A DNA stretch of 63,669 nt, filler included, from Pelomyxa schiedti (taxonomy: Eukaryota > Protista > Evosea), in the NCBI GenBank assembly GCA_020536535.1. It is 9 parts of 9 records of this genome, joined end to end, with 100 filler letters (N's around TTAATTAATTAA, not from the genome) between each part and the next. Parts side by side here need not be neighbours in the genome. Positions count along the whole stretch, not along the records: positions 1 to 8,019 come from JAHLWZ010001333.1; positions 8,120 to 22,447 come from JAHLWZ010000329.1; 7 more parts are not named here. The stretch is one strand, 5' to 3'. The notes below the pieces were generated by a model. The model saw nothing but the letters and a program-made list of their open reading frames with translations. It was not told the DNA's origin and ran no database searches. The position numbers and the translations under genes were made by a program. Shown here one piece after another: positions 1-9,892 of the stretch (within the stretch, counting starts at the first letter, position 1; each line of letters begins with the position of its first letter).

Positions 1-1
1 T

Positions 2-322
2 GTGGAGTCAAATCACAAGACACTTTTTTTTCCGGATGGGCTCAACATCACACCAATCAGCCAACACCAGGTCGTTGGTATTCCAAGCTTTAGAGGAACT
101 CTCGTTCAGTTCAGTGTTTATAACACCAGGAACCTCTCCACACCTATGCTTTGTGTTCCTTGTGTGTGGGCATCGCCAGGCACTCAGTCATCATCAGCCA
201 TTGTTGTTTCGACAACCGAGAATTTTGATTCTGACACTCCACCTCACGTGTTCTCAGTGCACGATTGTGTGTCTTGTGTGCACCTTGGTTGTTTCTCTCT
301 GCCACGGCATCTCTTTTTCTAA
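2..322 (+). CDS. 3' end of 'SPTLGVV'-family paralog (copy 0, partial)
   Basis: ORF ends FSVYNTRNLSTPMLCVPCVWASP...VFSVHDCVSCVHLGCFSLPRHLFF, homologous to the C-termini of the downstream copies. Confidence 0.8.
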   Translation: MESNHKTLFFPDGLNITPISQHQVVGIPSFRGTLVQFSVYNTRNLSTPMLCVPCVWASPGTQSSSAIVVSTTENFDSDTPPHVFSVHDCVSCVHLGCFSLPRHLFF

Positions 323-407
323 ATAAAGAAGTAACTCTTAATTCCTACTTTTGTGCTCGTGGTGGCAGCGCAGTGCCCTTCTTGGAACCTACAGCCAGAT
401 CACAACT

Positions 408-1709
408 ATGGGACTGCAACAAACCAAACACGTGCGCCTTGCAGCAACAACGACGACGACGTCGGCCGAGTCACAAGTTGTCGCTGTGTGTTGCTGTCGC
501 ATCGCGAGGTGCTCCACAAACTGCAGTCCCACAATGCTGGAGTGGGCACGCTCACCATCCCACATCAGGCAGTGGGCTCACGACTGGGTGATGTGGCCCG
601 AGACCGACGCCGTGTTTTGGCTGCCAGACGGCCGGCACCTGGCCGTGACCGTGTCGCCGACCCTCGGCGTTGTCAGCTGGTCCCTGTTCAGGTCCCACTA
701 CGCCGTGATGGGGCTCGTTGGGACCGACGCCGTGCTGTGTGCCAACGTGATTCAGATACAAGAAGAAGGGAGCACCACGACAAGGATGACTGGGCACCTG
801 AGAGTGTTCAACGTTGCCGGCGAGAAGTCGGGGGCGAGGCCAGTGACCAGCAGCAGGGAAAGGTCCTGGGAACAGCCATCACTGTGCGACGACAGCAGGC
901 GGCTGCTGTGGTCGTGGGAGGCGGAGGTGACGACGAGTCTGAGAGAGGTGTGCAACAGGGGGTGGATTGTGGGATTTTTCCCGAACACTGAGGATCGGCT
1001 GTGGATTTGGAAGGTAAAAGGTGGTGACAGGAATGCAACTCCTCCCTCAGTTGAAAACCACCAGGTGGAAGTGAGTGGCTTTGGGTTTATCCCGTCGAGT
1101 GTGAGGTTCTCACCGCTCTGTGGTGATGTTCTCATGATGTTTCCTTTTGTACACCAAGGGGATTCACCAGGTTCTGATTTGGTCATTTTTGTTGATTTGG
1201 CTGCCAGCTTTGAATCAGGATTGCCTGTGGTCACTTCCAGGTTTTCCTGTGGTGAAGGTTTGCCTCTGAGCGTTGCGTGGATGCCTGATGGCTCCCTGTG
1301 CTCATTTCACCACACTTTCCCCCCTGATAGCATCCACCTTTCAAATGCAGCGCACCACCTCAGGCATCGGTTTCCAGATTATCAAGACGTTACACCAATC
1401 AGCAGAAACCACATCTTTGTTCTGCCATTTTCGTTGTCAGAGAAGAAATTCTCTGTTTATCACACTGGGGATCTGACATCACCAACACTTTGTGTTCCCT
1501 CCAGGTGGGCACAAACAAGAGAGTCACGGCTCATCCTTTCAACAACTCACGACTTGTATGGTGCAAATTCTGGAAATCCACCTTATGTGGAGTTCCTACT
1601 CCATGATGGTGTCACCGGCTCTCTCCTTGGTTCTTTCTCAGTGCCAAAACAATGGTTATTGGAAAAATACAAGGAGTCACACGAAGATCAACCATCCTCA
1701 CTAATTTGA
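408..1709 (+). CDS. 'SPTLGVV'-family protein copy 1 (myristoylation motif, Cys-rich helical N-motif, beta-rich C-domain)
   Basis: Intronless ORF from ATG 408 (MGLQQT); motifs SQVVAVCCC..RCS, WARSP..IRQWA.DWV, VSPTLGVV, CNRGWIV, LHDGVTG..LG.FS. Confidence 0.85.
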   Translation: MGLQQTKHVRLAATTTTTSAESQVVAVCCCRIARCSTNCSPTMLEWARSPSHIRQWAHDWVMWPETDAVFWLPDGRHLAVTVSPTLGVVSWSLFRSHYAVMGLVGTDAVLCANVIQIQEEGSTTTRMTGHLRVFNVAGEKSGARPVTSSRERSWEQPSLCDDSRRLLWSWEAEVTTSLREVCNRGWIVGFFPNTEDRLWIWKVKGGDRNATPPSVENHQVEVSGFGFIPSSVRFSPLCGDVLMMFPFVHQGDSPGSDLVIFVDLAASFESGLPVVTSRFSCGEGLPLSVAWMPDGSLCSFHHTFPPDSIHLSNAAHHLRHRFPDYQDVTPISRNHIFVLPFSLSEKKFSVYHTGDLTSPTLCVPSRWAQTRESRLILSTTHDLYGANSGNPPYVEFLLHDGVTGSLLGSFSVPKQWLLEKYKESHEDQPSSLI

Positions 1710-1868
1710 AGTGTGTGCCTCCTGCCTCCCTCTTTGCCTTTCATTCTGTGTCTCAACTTCGCGTGTTTTCAGTGTGTGTCTTGTGCGCACCTTGGTTGTT
1801 TCTCTCTGCCTCGAAAGAACAAAAAGTTCCTCTTTATACTTACTTTTGATGAAAGTGAGACCACAACT

Positions 1869-3137
1869 ATGGGATTGCCACAAACCAAACACGTGCGCCT
1901 TGCAGCAACGACGACGACGACGTCGGCCAAGTCACAAGTTGTCGCTGTGTGTTGCTGTCGCATCACGAGGTGCTCCACAAACTGCTGTCCCACAATGCTC
2001 GAGTGGGCACGCTCACCGTCCCACATCAGGCAGTGGGCCCACGACTGGGTGCTGTGGCCCGAGACCGACGCCGTGTTTTGGTTGCCAGACGGCCGGCACC
2101 TGGCCGTGACCGTGTCGCCGACCCTCGGCGTTGTCAGCTGGTCCCTGTTCAGGTCCCACTACGCCGTGATGGGGCTCGTTGGGACCGACGCCGTGCTGTG
2201 CGCCACCACCAACGTGACGATAAAACGAGAGAAAGGGAGCACAACATCAGGGGTGACTGCACACCTGGGAGTGTTCAATGTTGCCGGCGAGAAGTCGGGG
2301 GCGAGGCCAGTGACCAGCAGCAACACAAGGTCCTCGGAAGCGCCAGCACTGTTTGAGGATAGCAGGCGGCTGCTGTGGTCGTGGGAGGCGGAGGTTAAGA
2401 CACCTCTGAGAGAGGTGTGCAACAGGGAGTGGATTGTGGGATTTTTCCCGAACACTGAGGATTGGTTGTGGATTTGGAAGGTAAAAGGTGGTGACAGGAA
2501 TGCAACTCCTCCCTCAGTTGAAAACCACCAGGTGGAAGTGAGTGGCTTTGGGTTTATCCCGTCGAGTGTGAGGTTCTCACCGCTCTGTGGTGATGTTCTC
2601 ATGATGTTTCCTTTTGTACACCAAGGGGATTCACCAGGTTCTGATTTGGTCATTTTTGTTGATTTGGCTGCCAGCTTTGAATCAGGATTGCCTGTGGTCA
2701 CTTCCAGGTTTTCCTGTGGTGAAGGTTTGCCTCTGAGCGTTGCGTGGATGCCTGATGGCTCCCTGTGCTCATTTCACCACACTTTCCCCCCTGATAGCAT
2801 CCACCTTTCAAATGCAGCACACAACTTCAGGCATCTGTTTCCAGATTATCACGACGTTACACCAATCAGCAGAAACCACATCTTTGTTCTACCATTTAGG
2901 TTGTCAGAGAATATCTTCTCTGTTTATCACACTGGGGATCTGACATCACCAACACTTTGTGTTCCCTCCAGGTGGGCACAAACAAGGTCACGGCTCATCC
3001 TTTCAACAACTCACAATGTGTATGGTGCACATTCTGGAAATCCACCTTATGTGGAGTTCCTACTCCATGATGGTGTCACTGGCTCTCTCCTTGGTTCTTT
3101 CTCAGTGCCAAAACAGTGGTTATTGTTCCATCACTAA
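1869..3137 (+). CDS. 'SPTLGVV'-family protein copy 2
   Basis: ATG 1869 (MGLPQT); near-identical to copy 1 over long blocks. Confidence 0.85.
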   Translation: MGLPQTKHVRLAATTTTTSAKSQVVAVCCCRITRCSTNCCPTMLEWARSPSHIRQWAHDWVLWPETDAVFWLPDGRHLAVTVSPTLGVVSWSLFRSHYAVMGLVGTDAVLCATTNVTIKREKGSTTSGVTAHLGVFNVAGEKSGARPVTSSNTRSSEAPALFEDSRRLLWSWEAEVKTPLREVCNREWIVGFFPNTEDWLWIWKVKGGDRNATPPSVENHQVEVSGFGFIPSSVRFSPLCGDVLMMFPFVHQGDSPGSDLVIFVDLAASFESGLPVVTSRFSCGEGLPLSVAWMPDGSLCSFHHTFPPDSIHLSNAAHNFRHLFPDYHDVTPISRNHIFVLPFRLSENIFSVYHTGDLTSPTLCVPSRWAQTRSRLILSTTHNVYGAHSGNPPYVEFLLHDGVTGSLLGSFSVPKQWLLFHH

Positions 3138-3257
3138 TTTGAGTGTGAGGAGTGATGCCCGAAAGGTTGAAAAAAGGAATGAAATGATTAGTGTTTCTTT
3201 TCACAGAAAGTAGTCAAAGGTCGTCACAACAAACGCCAAGAGACACAACGGTGCAGG

Positions 3258-4484
3258 ATGGGACAGAAACAAGCCAAAGAGGCACAACAAATGATGACCA
3301 CTACAACAGCATCAACAACTAATACTACTACAACGCCGTCCGCAAAGTCACAAGTGATTGCGGTGTGCTGTTGCTGTGTCACAAGGTGCTCCAGAAACTG
3401 CAGTCCCACAATGCAGGAATGGGCACGCTCACGGTCCCTCATCAGGCAGTGGGCCTGCGACTGGGTCCTGTGGGCTCAGAGGGACGCTGTTTTCGAGCTG
3501 CCGGTTTGGCACCACAAGCTGTGCTTGACGGTGAGTGTGTCACCAACACTCGGTGTTGTCAGTTGGACAGTGTTCAGGTGCGATGACAGCATTGCAATGG
3601 GGTGTGTGGGAACCAACGCGATCTTGTGTGCAACCCCTGTGCCTCATGTCGGTGGATACAGTCCATGTTATTTCAGAGTGATGAGTGTCGCTGGTGAAGA
3701 GGGAACAGACAAGATCACCACGAACTGTCTGGAACCAAGAGAGGACAAGATGGTGATGTGGTCATTCAAGTCTGAGTTTGAGAGGTCGCCGATACCAAGG
3801 TGCAACAAGAGGTGGATTGTCTTTTGCCCCGATTATGCAGGGAAAGATGAACTGTGGATTTGGAAGGTGGTGGTTGCTGGTAATGGAACCCCATGGGAGA
3901 AGCAGCAGGTGATGGTGAATGAATTGGAATTTCGATTGTCACATGTGAGCTTCTCACCACTGTGTGATGATCATCTTGTGATATTTCCGTCTTATGGCTG
4001 TTCTGTGCTTGTTTCTGATTTGTCTGCCACCTTCAAATCAGGTTCACTTGTGATCACTTCCAGAGTTTCCTGTGGATATTTGCCTCTCAATGTGGTGTGG
4101 ATGCCTGATGGATCGCTGTGCTCATTGCATTGCACTTCCCCTGCATCTGTCCACCTTGTCAATGCAACACTCCACAAGAGGATGCATGAATTTCCAGAGG
4201 GCCACCAAGTGACCCCAATCAGCAGCACTCAGGTGGTTGTTGTACCTTCAAAAAGAGAGGTCCATACATTCTCTGTTTATCACACTGGGGATCTCTCATC
4301 GGCAACACTTTGTGTTCCCTGCACGTGGGCATCTCCAGAAGGCAGGTGTCAGTCAGGACTCATTCTTTCAACAACACAGGAGTTGCATTCCAGAAAACAT
4401 CCACCACATGTTTTCACACTCTATGATGGTGTCAGTGGTTGTCTCCTTGGTTCTTTCTCTGTTCCTCAACACTTGTTCTTCTGA
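3258..4484 (+). CDS. 'SPTLGVV'-family protein copy 3
   Basis: 408-aa ORF MGQKQA with the same motifs. Confidence 0.85.
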   Translation: MGQKQAKEAQQMMTTTTASTTNTTTTPSAKSQVIAVCCCCVTRCSRNCSPTMQEWARSRSLIRQWACDWVLWAQRDAVFELPVWHHKLCLTVSVSPTLGVVSWTVFRCDDSIAMGCVGTNAILCATPVPHVGGYSPCYFRVMSVAGEEGTDKITTNCLEPREDKMVMWSFKSEFERSPIPRCNKRWIVFCPDYAGKDELWIWKVVVAGNGTPWEKQQVMVNELEFRLSHVSFSPLCDDHLVIFPSYGCSVLVSDLSATFKSGSLVITSRVSCGYLPLNVVWMPDGSLCSLHCTSPASVHLVNATLHKRMHEFPEGHQVTPISSTQVVVVPSKREVHTFSVYHTGDLSSATLCVPCTWASPEGRCQSGLILSTTQELHSRKHPPHVFTLYDGVSGCLLGSFSVPQHLFF

Positions 4485-4927
4485 AAACGAAATGATAGAT
4501 TCTGTTGTTTTCTGATCACTTGCTATGGAGAAATAATAATCATGGGACAGTGACGCTGTGTCATGAGGTGTGAAAACAGCACAACACAAAGTCAATGTGC
4601 CTAAGGCAAAGCTGCCAAACACACTGCCATCATTTGTGACTTGTTAGTGGTTGTTGTTTGGACCTCACTTTGAGTGTTGTTGTCAACAGTGACAGTTTAT
4701 TCCGCAGCCCAACTGCAACATTGATTCACCACCACAATCAATCAGAGAAAAAGACCAGATAACAAGATTAGGTTGGTTCCGAACGCCGTCACCCAATTGA
4801 CAAAGACTGTTTATCAGGTCGGGTTGATTTAGGGTTATATCTGAACATAACCCTAACTGGGGTGGCCAAGTGCTTACCTTGGACGCTTTTTTCCAGAAAG
4901 AAATCAAAAAGTCTTCGACGGTGCTGG

Positions 4928-6196
4928 ATGGGACAGAACCAAAGCCAAACGACGACTACGGCAACAACAACTACGACTACTACGACTTCGGCCAAGTCAC
5001 AAGTGATCGCTGTGTGCTGTTGCTGTGGAACAAGGTGCTCCAAACACTGCAGTCCCACAATGCAGGAATGGGCACGCTCACCGTCCCTCATCAGGCAGTG
5101 GGCCCGCGACTGGGTCCTGTGGCCCCAGAGGGAGGCCGTGTTCGAGCTGCCGGTGTGGCACCACAACAGCCTGGCAACCAGGCTGTGCCTGGCCGTCAGT
5201 GTGTCGCCGACGCTCGGTGTTGTCACTTGGTCGGTGTTCAGGTGCGATTACTGCGTCGTGATGGGGTGCGTGGGGACCAGCGCGATCCTGTGTTCGAACT
5301 TGATGCGTGCTGCTCTGGCTCTGGGCTCATCTGCGTCGACTTGTCATTTCAGAGTGATGAGCGTTGCTGGCGAAGAGGGAAGAGGCGACATCATCACGAA
5401 CTGTCTGGAGCCAAGAGAGGACAAGATGGTGGCGTGGTCGTTCAAGTCTGAGTTCGAGAGGTTGCCTACGGCCAAGTGCAACAGGAGGTGGATCGTGGTG
5501 TTTTTCCCCTGTTATGATGAAATGATTTTCCCGGGGAATGATGAATTGTGGATCTGGAAAGTTGCGGCTGGTGGTGGTGCTGGGAATGGAACACAAGTTG
5601 AGAAGCAGCAGGTGAAGGTGCACGGCTTTGGATTTAAACTGTCACATGTGATCTTCTCACCACTCTGTGGTGATGTTCTCATGATGTTTCCGTCTTATGG
5701 GACTCCTGTGCTTTTTTCTGATTTGTCTGCCACCTTCAAATCAGGTTCACTTGTGGTCACTTCCAGGCTTTCCTGTGGCGAAGATTTGCCTCTCAATGTG
5801 GTGTGGATGCCCGATGGATCCATGTGCTCATTGCATTTCTCTTCCTCTGAATCATCCTTCCACCTTTTGGATGCATCACGCCACCACAACAGGCAGCATG
5901 TTTTTCCAGAAGGGCACCAAGTGACACCAATCAGCAGGCACCACGCCGTCGTGGTGCCTGCAAAGGGTGGTGCTCTCCTTCCATTCTCTGTTTTTCACAC
6001 TGGGAACCTTGCATCACCAACACTTTGTGTTCCCTGCACGTGGGCATCTCCGTGCATGTGTCGGTCAGGACTCATTCTTTCAACAACACATGACTTGTAT
6101 TCCAGAAAACATCCACCACATGTGTTCACACTCCACGATGGTGTCAGTGGTTGTCTCCTTGGTTCTTTCTCTGTCCCTCAACAGTTGTTCCTCTGA
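4928..6196 (+). CDS. 'SPTLGVV'-family protein copy 4
   Basis: ATG 4928 (MGQNQS); closest to copy 3. Confidence 0.85.
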   Translation: MGQNQSQTTTTATTTTTTTTSAKSQVIAVCCCCGTRCSKHCSPTMQEWARSPSLIRQWARDWVLWPQREAVFELPVWHHNSLATRLCLAVSVSPTLGVVTWSVFRCDYCVVMGCVGTSAILCSNLMRAALALGSSASTCHFRVMSVAGEEGRGDIITNCLEPREDKMVAWSFKSEFERLPTAKCNRRWIVVFFPCYDEMIFPGNDELWIWKVAAGGGAGNGTQVEKQQVKVHGFGFKLSHVIFSPLCGDVLMMFPSYGTPVLFSDLSATFKSGSLVVTSRLSCGEDLPLNVVWMPDGSMCSLHFSSSESSFHLLDASRHHNRQHVFPEGHQVTPISRHHAVVVPAKGGALLPFSVFHTGNLASPTLCVPCTWASPCMCRSGLILSTTHDLYSRKHPPHVFTLHDGVSGCLLGSFSVPQQLFL

Positions 6197-6247
6197 AAAT
6201 GAAAATAGGTTCCTGAAAGGTTGAAAAAAGAAATGAAATGATGATTG

Positions 6248-7543
6248 TCAGAGTTGTTTCTTTTCGAAAAAGAACTGATGAGGCACAGCAAAATCACCCA
6301 AGTGAAAAGTGTTGATGCCATCGTGAAGTGAGAACACAACACATGGTGATTTGCAGGATTTCAAGTCATGAGTGGTTGAAAGAATGAGCCCTGATCGATT
6401 GATTCCGCATGGAGATGCCCACGTGCAAGGACCAACGCAAAGTGTTGGTGCTGTGAGGTTCCCAGTGTGATACACCTTGAACTCCTGGAAAGATTCACTG
6501 CCCAATATCTGGGATAGTGTGAAGACATGAGTCTTGCTCATTGCCCACACTTGAGTGTCCTCTTCTTGGAACACATGCTTCTGGTGGTGATCTTCCGCAT
6601 TCACAAGGTGGTATGACGGGAGTTGGTAAACCAACGAACACAGGCCCCCATCAGGCATCCACACCACACTGCCCCTTGTGTATGAGTGGATGAAGACGAG
6701 GCCATCACCACGGAAAACCAATGATCCTGCAGCGAAGCTGGCAGCCAAATCAAAAATTCGCAGTGATATTTTCTCCCCCAGGGCTGAAAACACCAGGACA
6801 CAGTCATCACACGAGGGTGAGAACTCCACGTCAACAAGGGAGGGTCCCAAGCCAGATAGGATCACACCTGGAAACTCTAGTGTTCTCTGGCGTTCCAGGT
6901 CACCTTCAACCTTCCAAACTTGCATTTGGGTGAAGCCTGGAAGCAGCACCACGATCCACTTCCTGTTGGCCCACGCATGCGGCACAGTGCCGATTTCAAG
7001 GCCCGCCATCCACACAATCCTTTCCGACGTGGCAGAATCGCGGACACCGACATCATCCACTTTAGACACATCCACCACCCACAGGTCAGAATTTGAGGAG
7101 CAGAAATCGTGGGAAATGAGCACCCTGTTTGTTGCCACGCACCCAAACGCCATGGAGTGATCGAATTGGAACACAGACCACCCAACAACGCCCAGTGTTG
7201 GTGACACGCTCACGCTCAGAAACAGCTGCCATCGCCTCGGCGTCGGGGCAGCCACACCTTGGGAGAGGCTGGAGCGCCAGGGTCCCACAATCCTGCCTTG
7301 CCACTTGGGCAGCGCGAACACGGCGTCCCTCTCGGTGCTCAGAACCCAGTCGCAGGCAAACTGCCTCACGAGGCTCGGCGATTGCGCCCACAATCGAAGT
7401 GACGGACAGCTTTTTTTGGAGCACCTCGCCAGGCAACAACAACACATTGCGAGAATTTGTGACTTGGCCGGGGTCATAGTTGTTGTCGTTGTTGTTGTTT
7501 GGATCTCATCTGCTGTGTCTATGCGCGACAGCTGTTGCCCCAT
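6248..7543 (-). CDS. 'SPTLGVV'-family protein copy 5 (inverted)
   Basis: 431-aa ORF MGQQLS with the same motifs. Confidence 0.85.
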   Translation of the reverse strand: MGQQLSRIDTADEIQTTTTTTTMTPAKSQILAMCCCCLARCSKKSCPSLRLWAQSPSLVRQFACDWVLSTERDAVFALPKWQGRIVGPWRSSLSQGVAAPTPRRWQLFLSVSVSPTLGVVGWSVFQFDHSMAFGCVATNRVLISHDFCSSNSDLWVVDVSKVDDVGVRDSATSERIVWMAGLEIGTVPHAWANRKWIVVLLPGFTQMQVWKVEGDLERQRTLEFPGVILSGLGPSLVDVEFSPSCDDCVLVFSALGEKISLRIFDLAASFAAGSLVFRGDGLVFIHSYTRGSVVWMPDGGLCSLVYQLPSYHLVNAEDHHQKHVFQEEDTQVWAMSKTHVFTLSQILGSESFQEFKVYHTGNLTAPTLCVGPCTWASPCGINRSGLILSTTHDLKSCKSPCVVFSLHDGINTFHLGDFAVPHQFFFEKKQL

Positions 7544-7610
7544 GGCAATGTCTCTGATTTCGGGGAACTTGATTTCAGCAGGCTAAATCTGTAACAGCGA
7601 AAAAGTGATC

Positions 7611-8019
7611 ATGGGACAGCGACAAAGCCAAGAAACAACGACCACGACGACGTCGGCCAAGTCACAACTGATTGCAGTGTGTTGTAGTTGCATCACGAGG
7701 TGCTCCAAAAACTGCAGTCCCACAATGCGTGGCTGGGCACGCTCACCGTCCCTCATCAGGCAGTGGGCCGAGTGCTGGGTGCTGAGGCCCGTCACGGACG
7801 CAATCTTCGAGCTTCCAGCGTGGCGCGGAGGTGGCAGGGGCGACAGCACCCCACGGTCCCGCGGGGGGAGGCTGTACCTGGCCCTGAGTGTGTCGCCAAC
7901 CCTCGGTGTTGTCAGCTGGTCCCTGTTCAAGTCCGACATGTGCACAGTTTACGGCTGCGTGGGACCCAACTCGGTGCTGTGTTCCCACATCCGGGCCGGT
8001 GTGAGATGGACCGGAGATT
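7611..8019 (+). CDS. 'SPTLGVV'-family protein copy 6 (5' part, cut by contig end)
   Basis: MGQRQS...SQLIAVCCSC...VSPTLGVV runs into the N linker. Confidence 0.8.
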
Positions 8020-8119
8020 NNNNNNNNNNNNNNNNNNNNNNNNNNNNNNNNNNNNNNNNNNNNTTAATTAATTAANNNNNNNNNNNNNNNNNNNNNNNNN
8101 NNNNNNNNNNNNNNNNNNN
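8020..8119. other. Artificial contig linker N44-TTAATTAATTAA-N44 (also at 22448-22547, 27518-27617, 39461-39560, 57525-57624, 59229-59328, 60465-60564, 62562-62661)
   Basis: Identical 100-nt spacer with stops in all six frames, present eight times. Confidence 0.97.
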
Positions 8120-8938
8120 TGAACTACTATGTTCAGCTTTTGATGAGCTCAATCAAAAGCTATTGGATCCCACAAACCCCCAGGTAGCCCCATTCTTGTG
8201 ATCTCGGCCATTCACTCCAAATAAAGGCTCTTCTCACTCTGGTAGCAGCTCCGGAGGTAGTCACTCTGCTTGGAACACTGCTTCAAACATGTACTCTCCG
8301 TTTTGCATCTTCACCTAGCTAATCCCTCCCTCTCCGAAGATCATTCACGAGAAACAATTTTCCAGTTACGTTCAGGCGAGGGGAGTGCGTTTTGGTGCGT
8401 GGGTGGTCTGGGTGTTATTTTTGGGGGCTGAGTGATTGGTGAGGGATATTGATGGTAAAGAGGGGCTGAAGGAGTTGGCGGTGTGACGGGTGCGGGAGGT
8501 GCGGGAGGAAGTTCGGGGTCACTGCTCGGTGTCTCGTCTGTGAGGATATCAACTGCACTTTGTAGGTTATTGCGGGCCTTTTTAAGTCAGTAAAAAAAGG
8601 TAAATAACCAAAGTAATCAACGTGTTGAAGAGCAGCAAGAGATTTCTCCCCAGAAAAGCCCATAGCAGTTAGCTGTTGGAAATTGTGCAATCCCGATTCC
8701 TACTGGTGTAAGTTCAGGGCAAGGTTTCAGTGGAGTACCAATAAAAAGTTTCTCTCAGGGGGAGCAAGAGCAGCTGGCGGCGGTGTTGGTAGAACAGGGG
8801 CGTTCATCAAGGCTTATGTTGATCAGATGGAAATGAGTCAAAAGAGGGTGAGTTACCAAGAATCTTTTTTGCTTTTCTTTGAGCCATAGGACTGGCTTCT
8901 GAGGCACTTGTCGCATTCAAGATTGTGTGGAGCTTAGC
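8120..8938. repeat. Rearranged partial duplicate of the kinase gene
   Basis: 8120-8378 is the reverse complement of about 13223-13481; 8375-8938 is a direct copy of about 10572-11136; scattered substitutions. Confidence 0.85.
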
Positions 8939-9038
8939 NNNNNNNNNNNNNNNNNNNNNNNNNNNNNNNNNNNNNNNNNNNNNNNNNNNNNNNNNNNNNN
9001 NNNNNNNNNNNNNNNNNNNNNNNNNNNNNNNNNNNNNN

Positions 9039-9836
9039 AGAAGCGGCATATCGGAAACGACATCACAGTCATCATCTTCAGGGATAATCAACCTTACCTC
9101 GACCCGCCGTCGCGCCCACCTCCACGGCCTTCAACACAAACAACTACCCAATCTTCATCGTCCGAGGAATCCATGTCCCCTTCTCCCATCCCACTCGTTC
9201 AGCCAACTTCAAACGCAACTACAACTACAACTACATCCGCGACTACAGCAACAACTAGAACCACAACAGAAACTTCGACTTCGCAAACAGGAACTCCTCC
9301 GTCAACAAAACCGCGATCGAGATCGTCACCACCCCGGCCATCACTTTCATGGTCAGGAAGCGCTCCACCATTTGATCCAACAGTGATGCTTTCCGAATTT
9401 AATCGTATGCATTCTTTACTCTTTGAGAGTACAATCCCTTTTTTTAACCTCTTTTCAAGACATATTTTACGTGGTGGAGCGGGTCAACCTCGGTAAATAC
9501 GCCTTTGGCTACAGGTAACCACCAGCCAATATTATAGTATTTGCTGTTTCAATGTGCAATTCTTAAAGTCACTAGGTTCGAAACAATTGTTAAGCATGAC
9601 GTACCGGACTTTGAACCGGCAGTTCCACGAAAAGGAGTATTCACCGACCTCCCTGCTTTCCGGGAAACTCTTCTCACCAAAAGTACCTTGCTGCTACTCT
9701 TTTCCCTATTCCAGATACTAATAAACTGATAGTAATAAATGGCGAGAAGGCTGCGTGTGATGCTGCTCAATTCCGGCTGAGAATGTTAAGAACAAGGCAG
9801 GATCATTTATCTAATATGATAAACGATCATTACTAA
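9039..9836 (+). CDS. Rap/Ran-GAP domain protein, C-terminal exons (partial)
   Basis: KRHIGNDITVIIF signature, PFDPTVMLSEFN, FRETLLTK/INGEKAA...RTRQDHL; Ser/Thr-rich insert; short introns; stop TAA 9834-9836. Confidence 0.85.
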
Positions 9837-9892
9837 CGTTATCAGAAGCCTAATATGTAAAAAAATACAAAAACATGGTATTATTACTGTTT

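Noticed and set aside
408-6196. Diversity-generating retroelement acting on the array
   Set aside because: Differences are not restricted to adenines, and no template repeat or reverse transcriptase is present on the contig
8064-8075. TTAATTAATTAA repeated eight times as a biological motif
   Set aside because: Always centred in 44+44 Ns, so it is a concatenation linker; adjacency across linkers carries no synteny information
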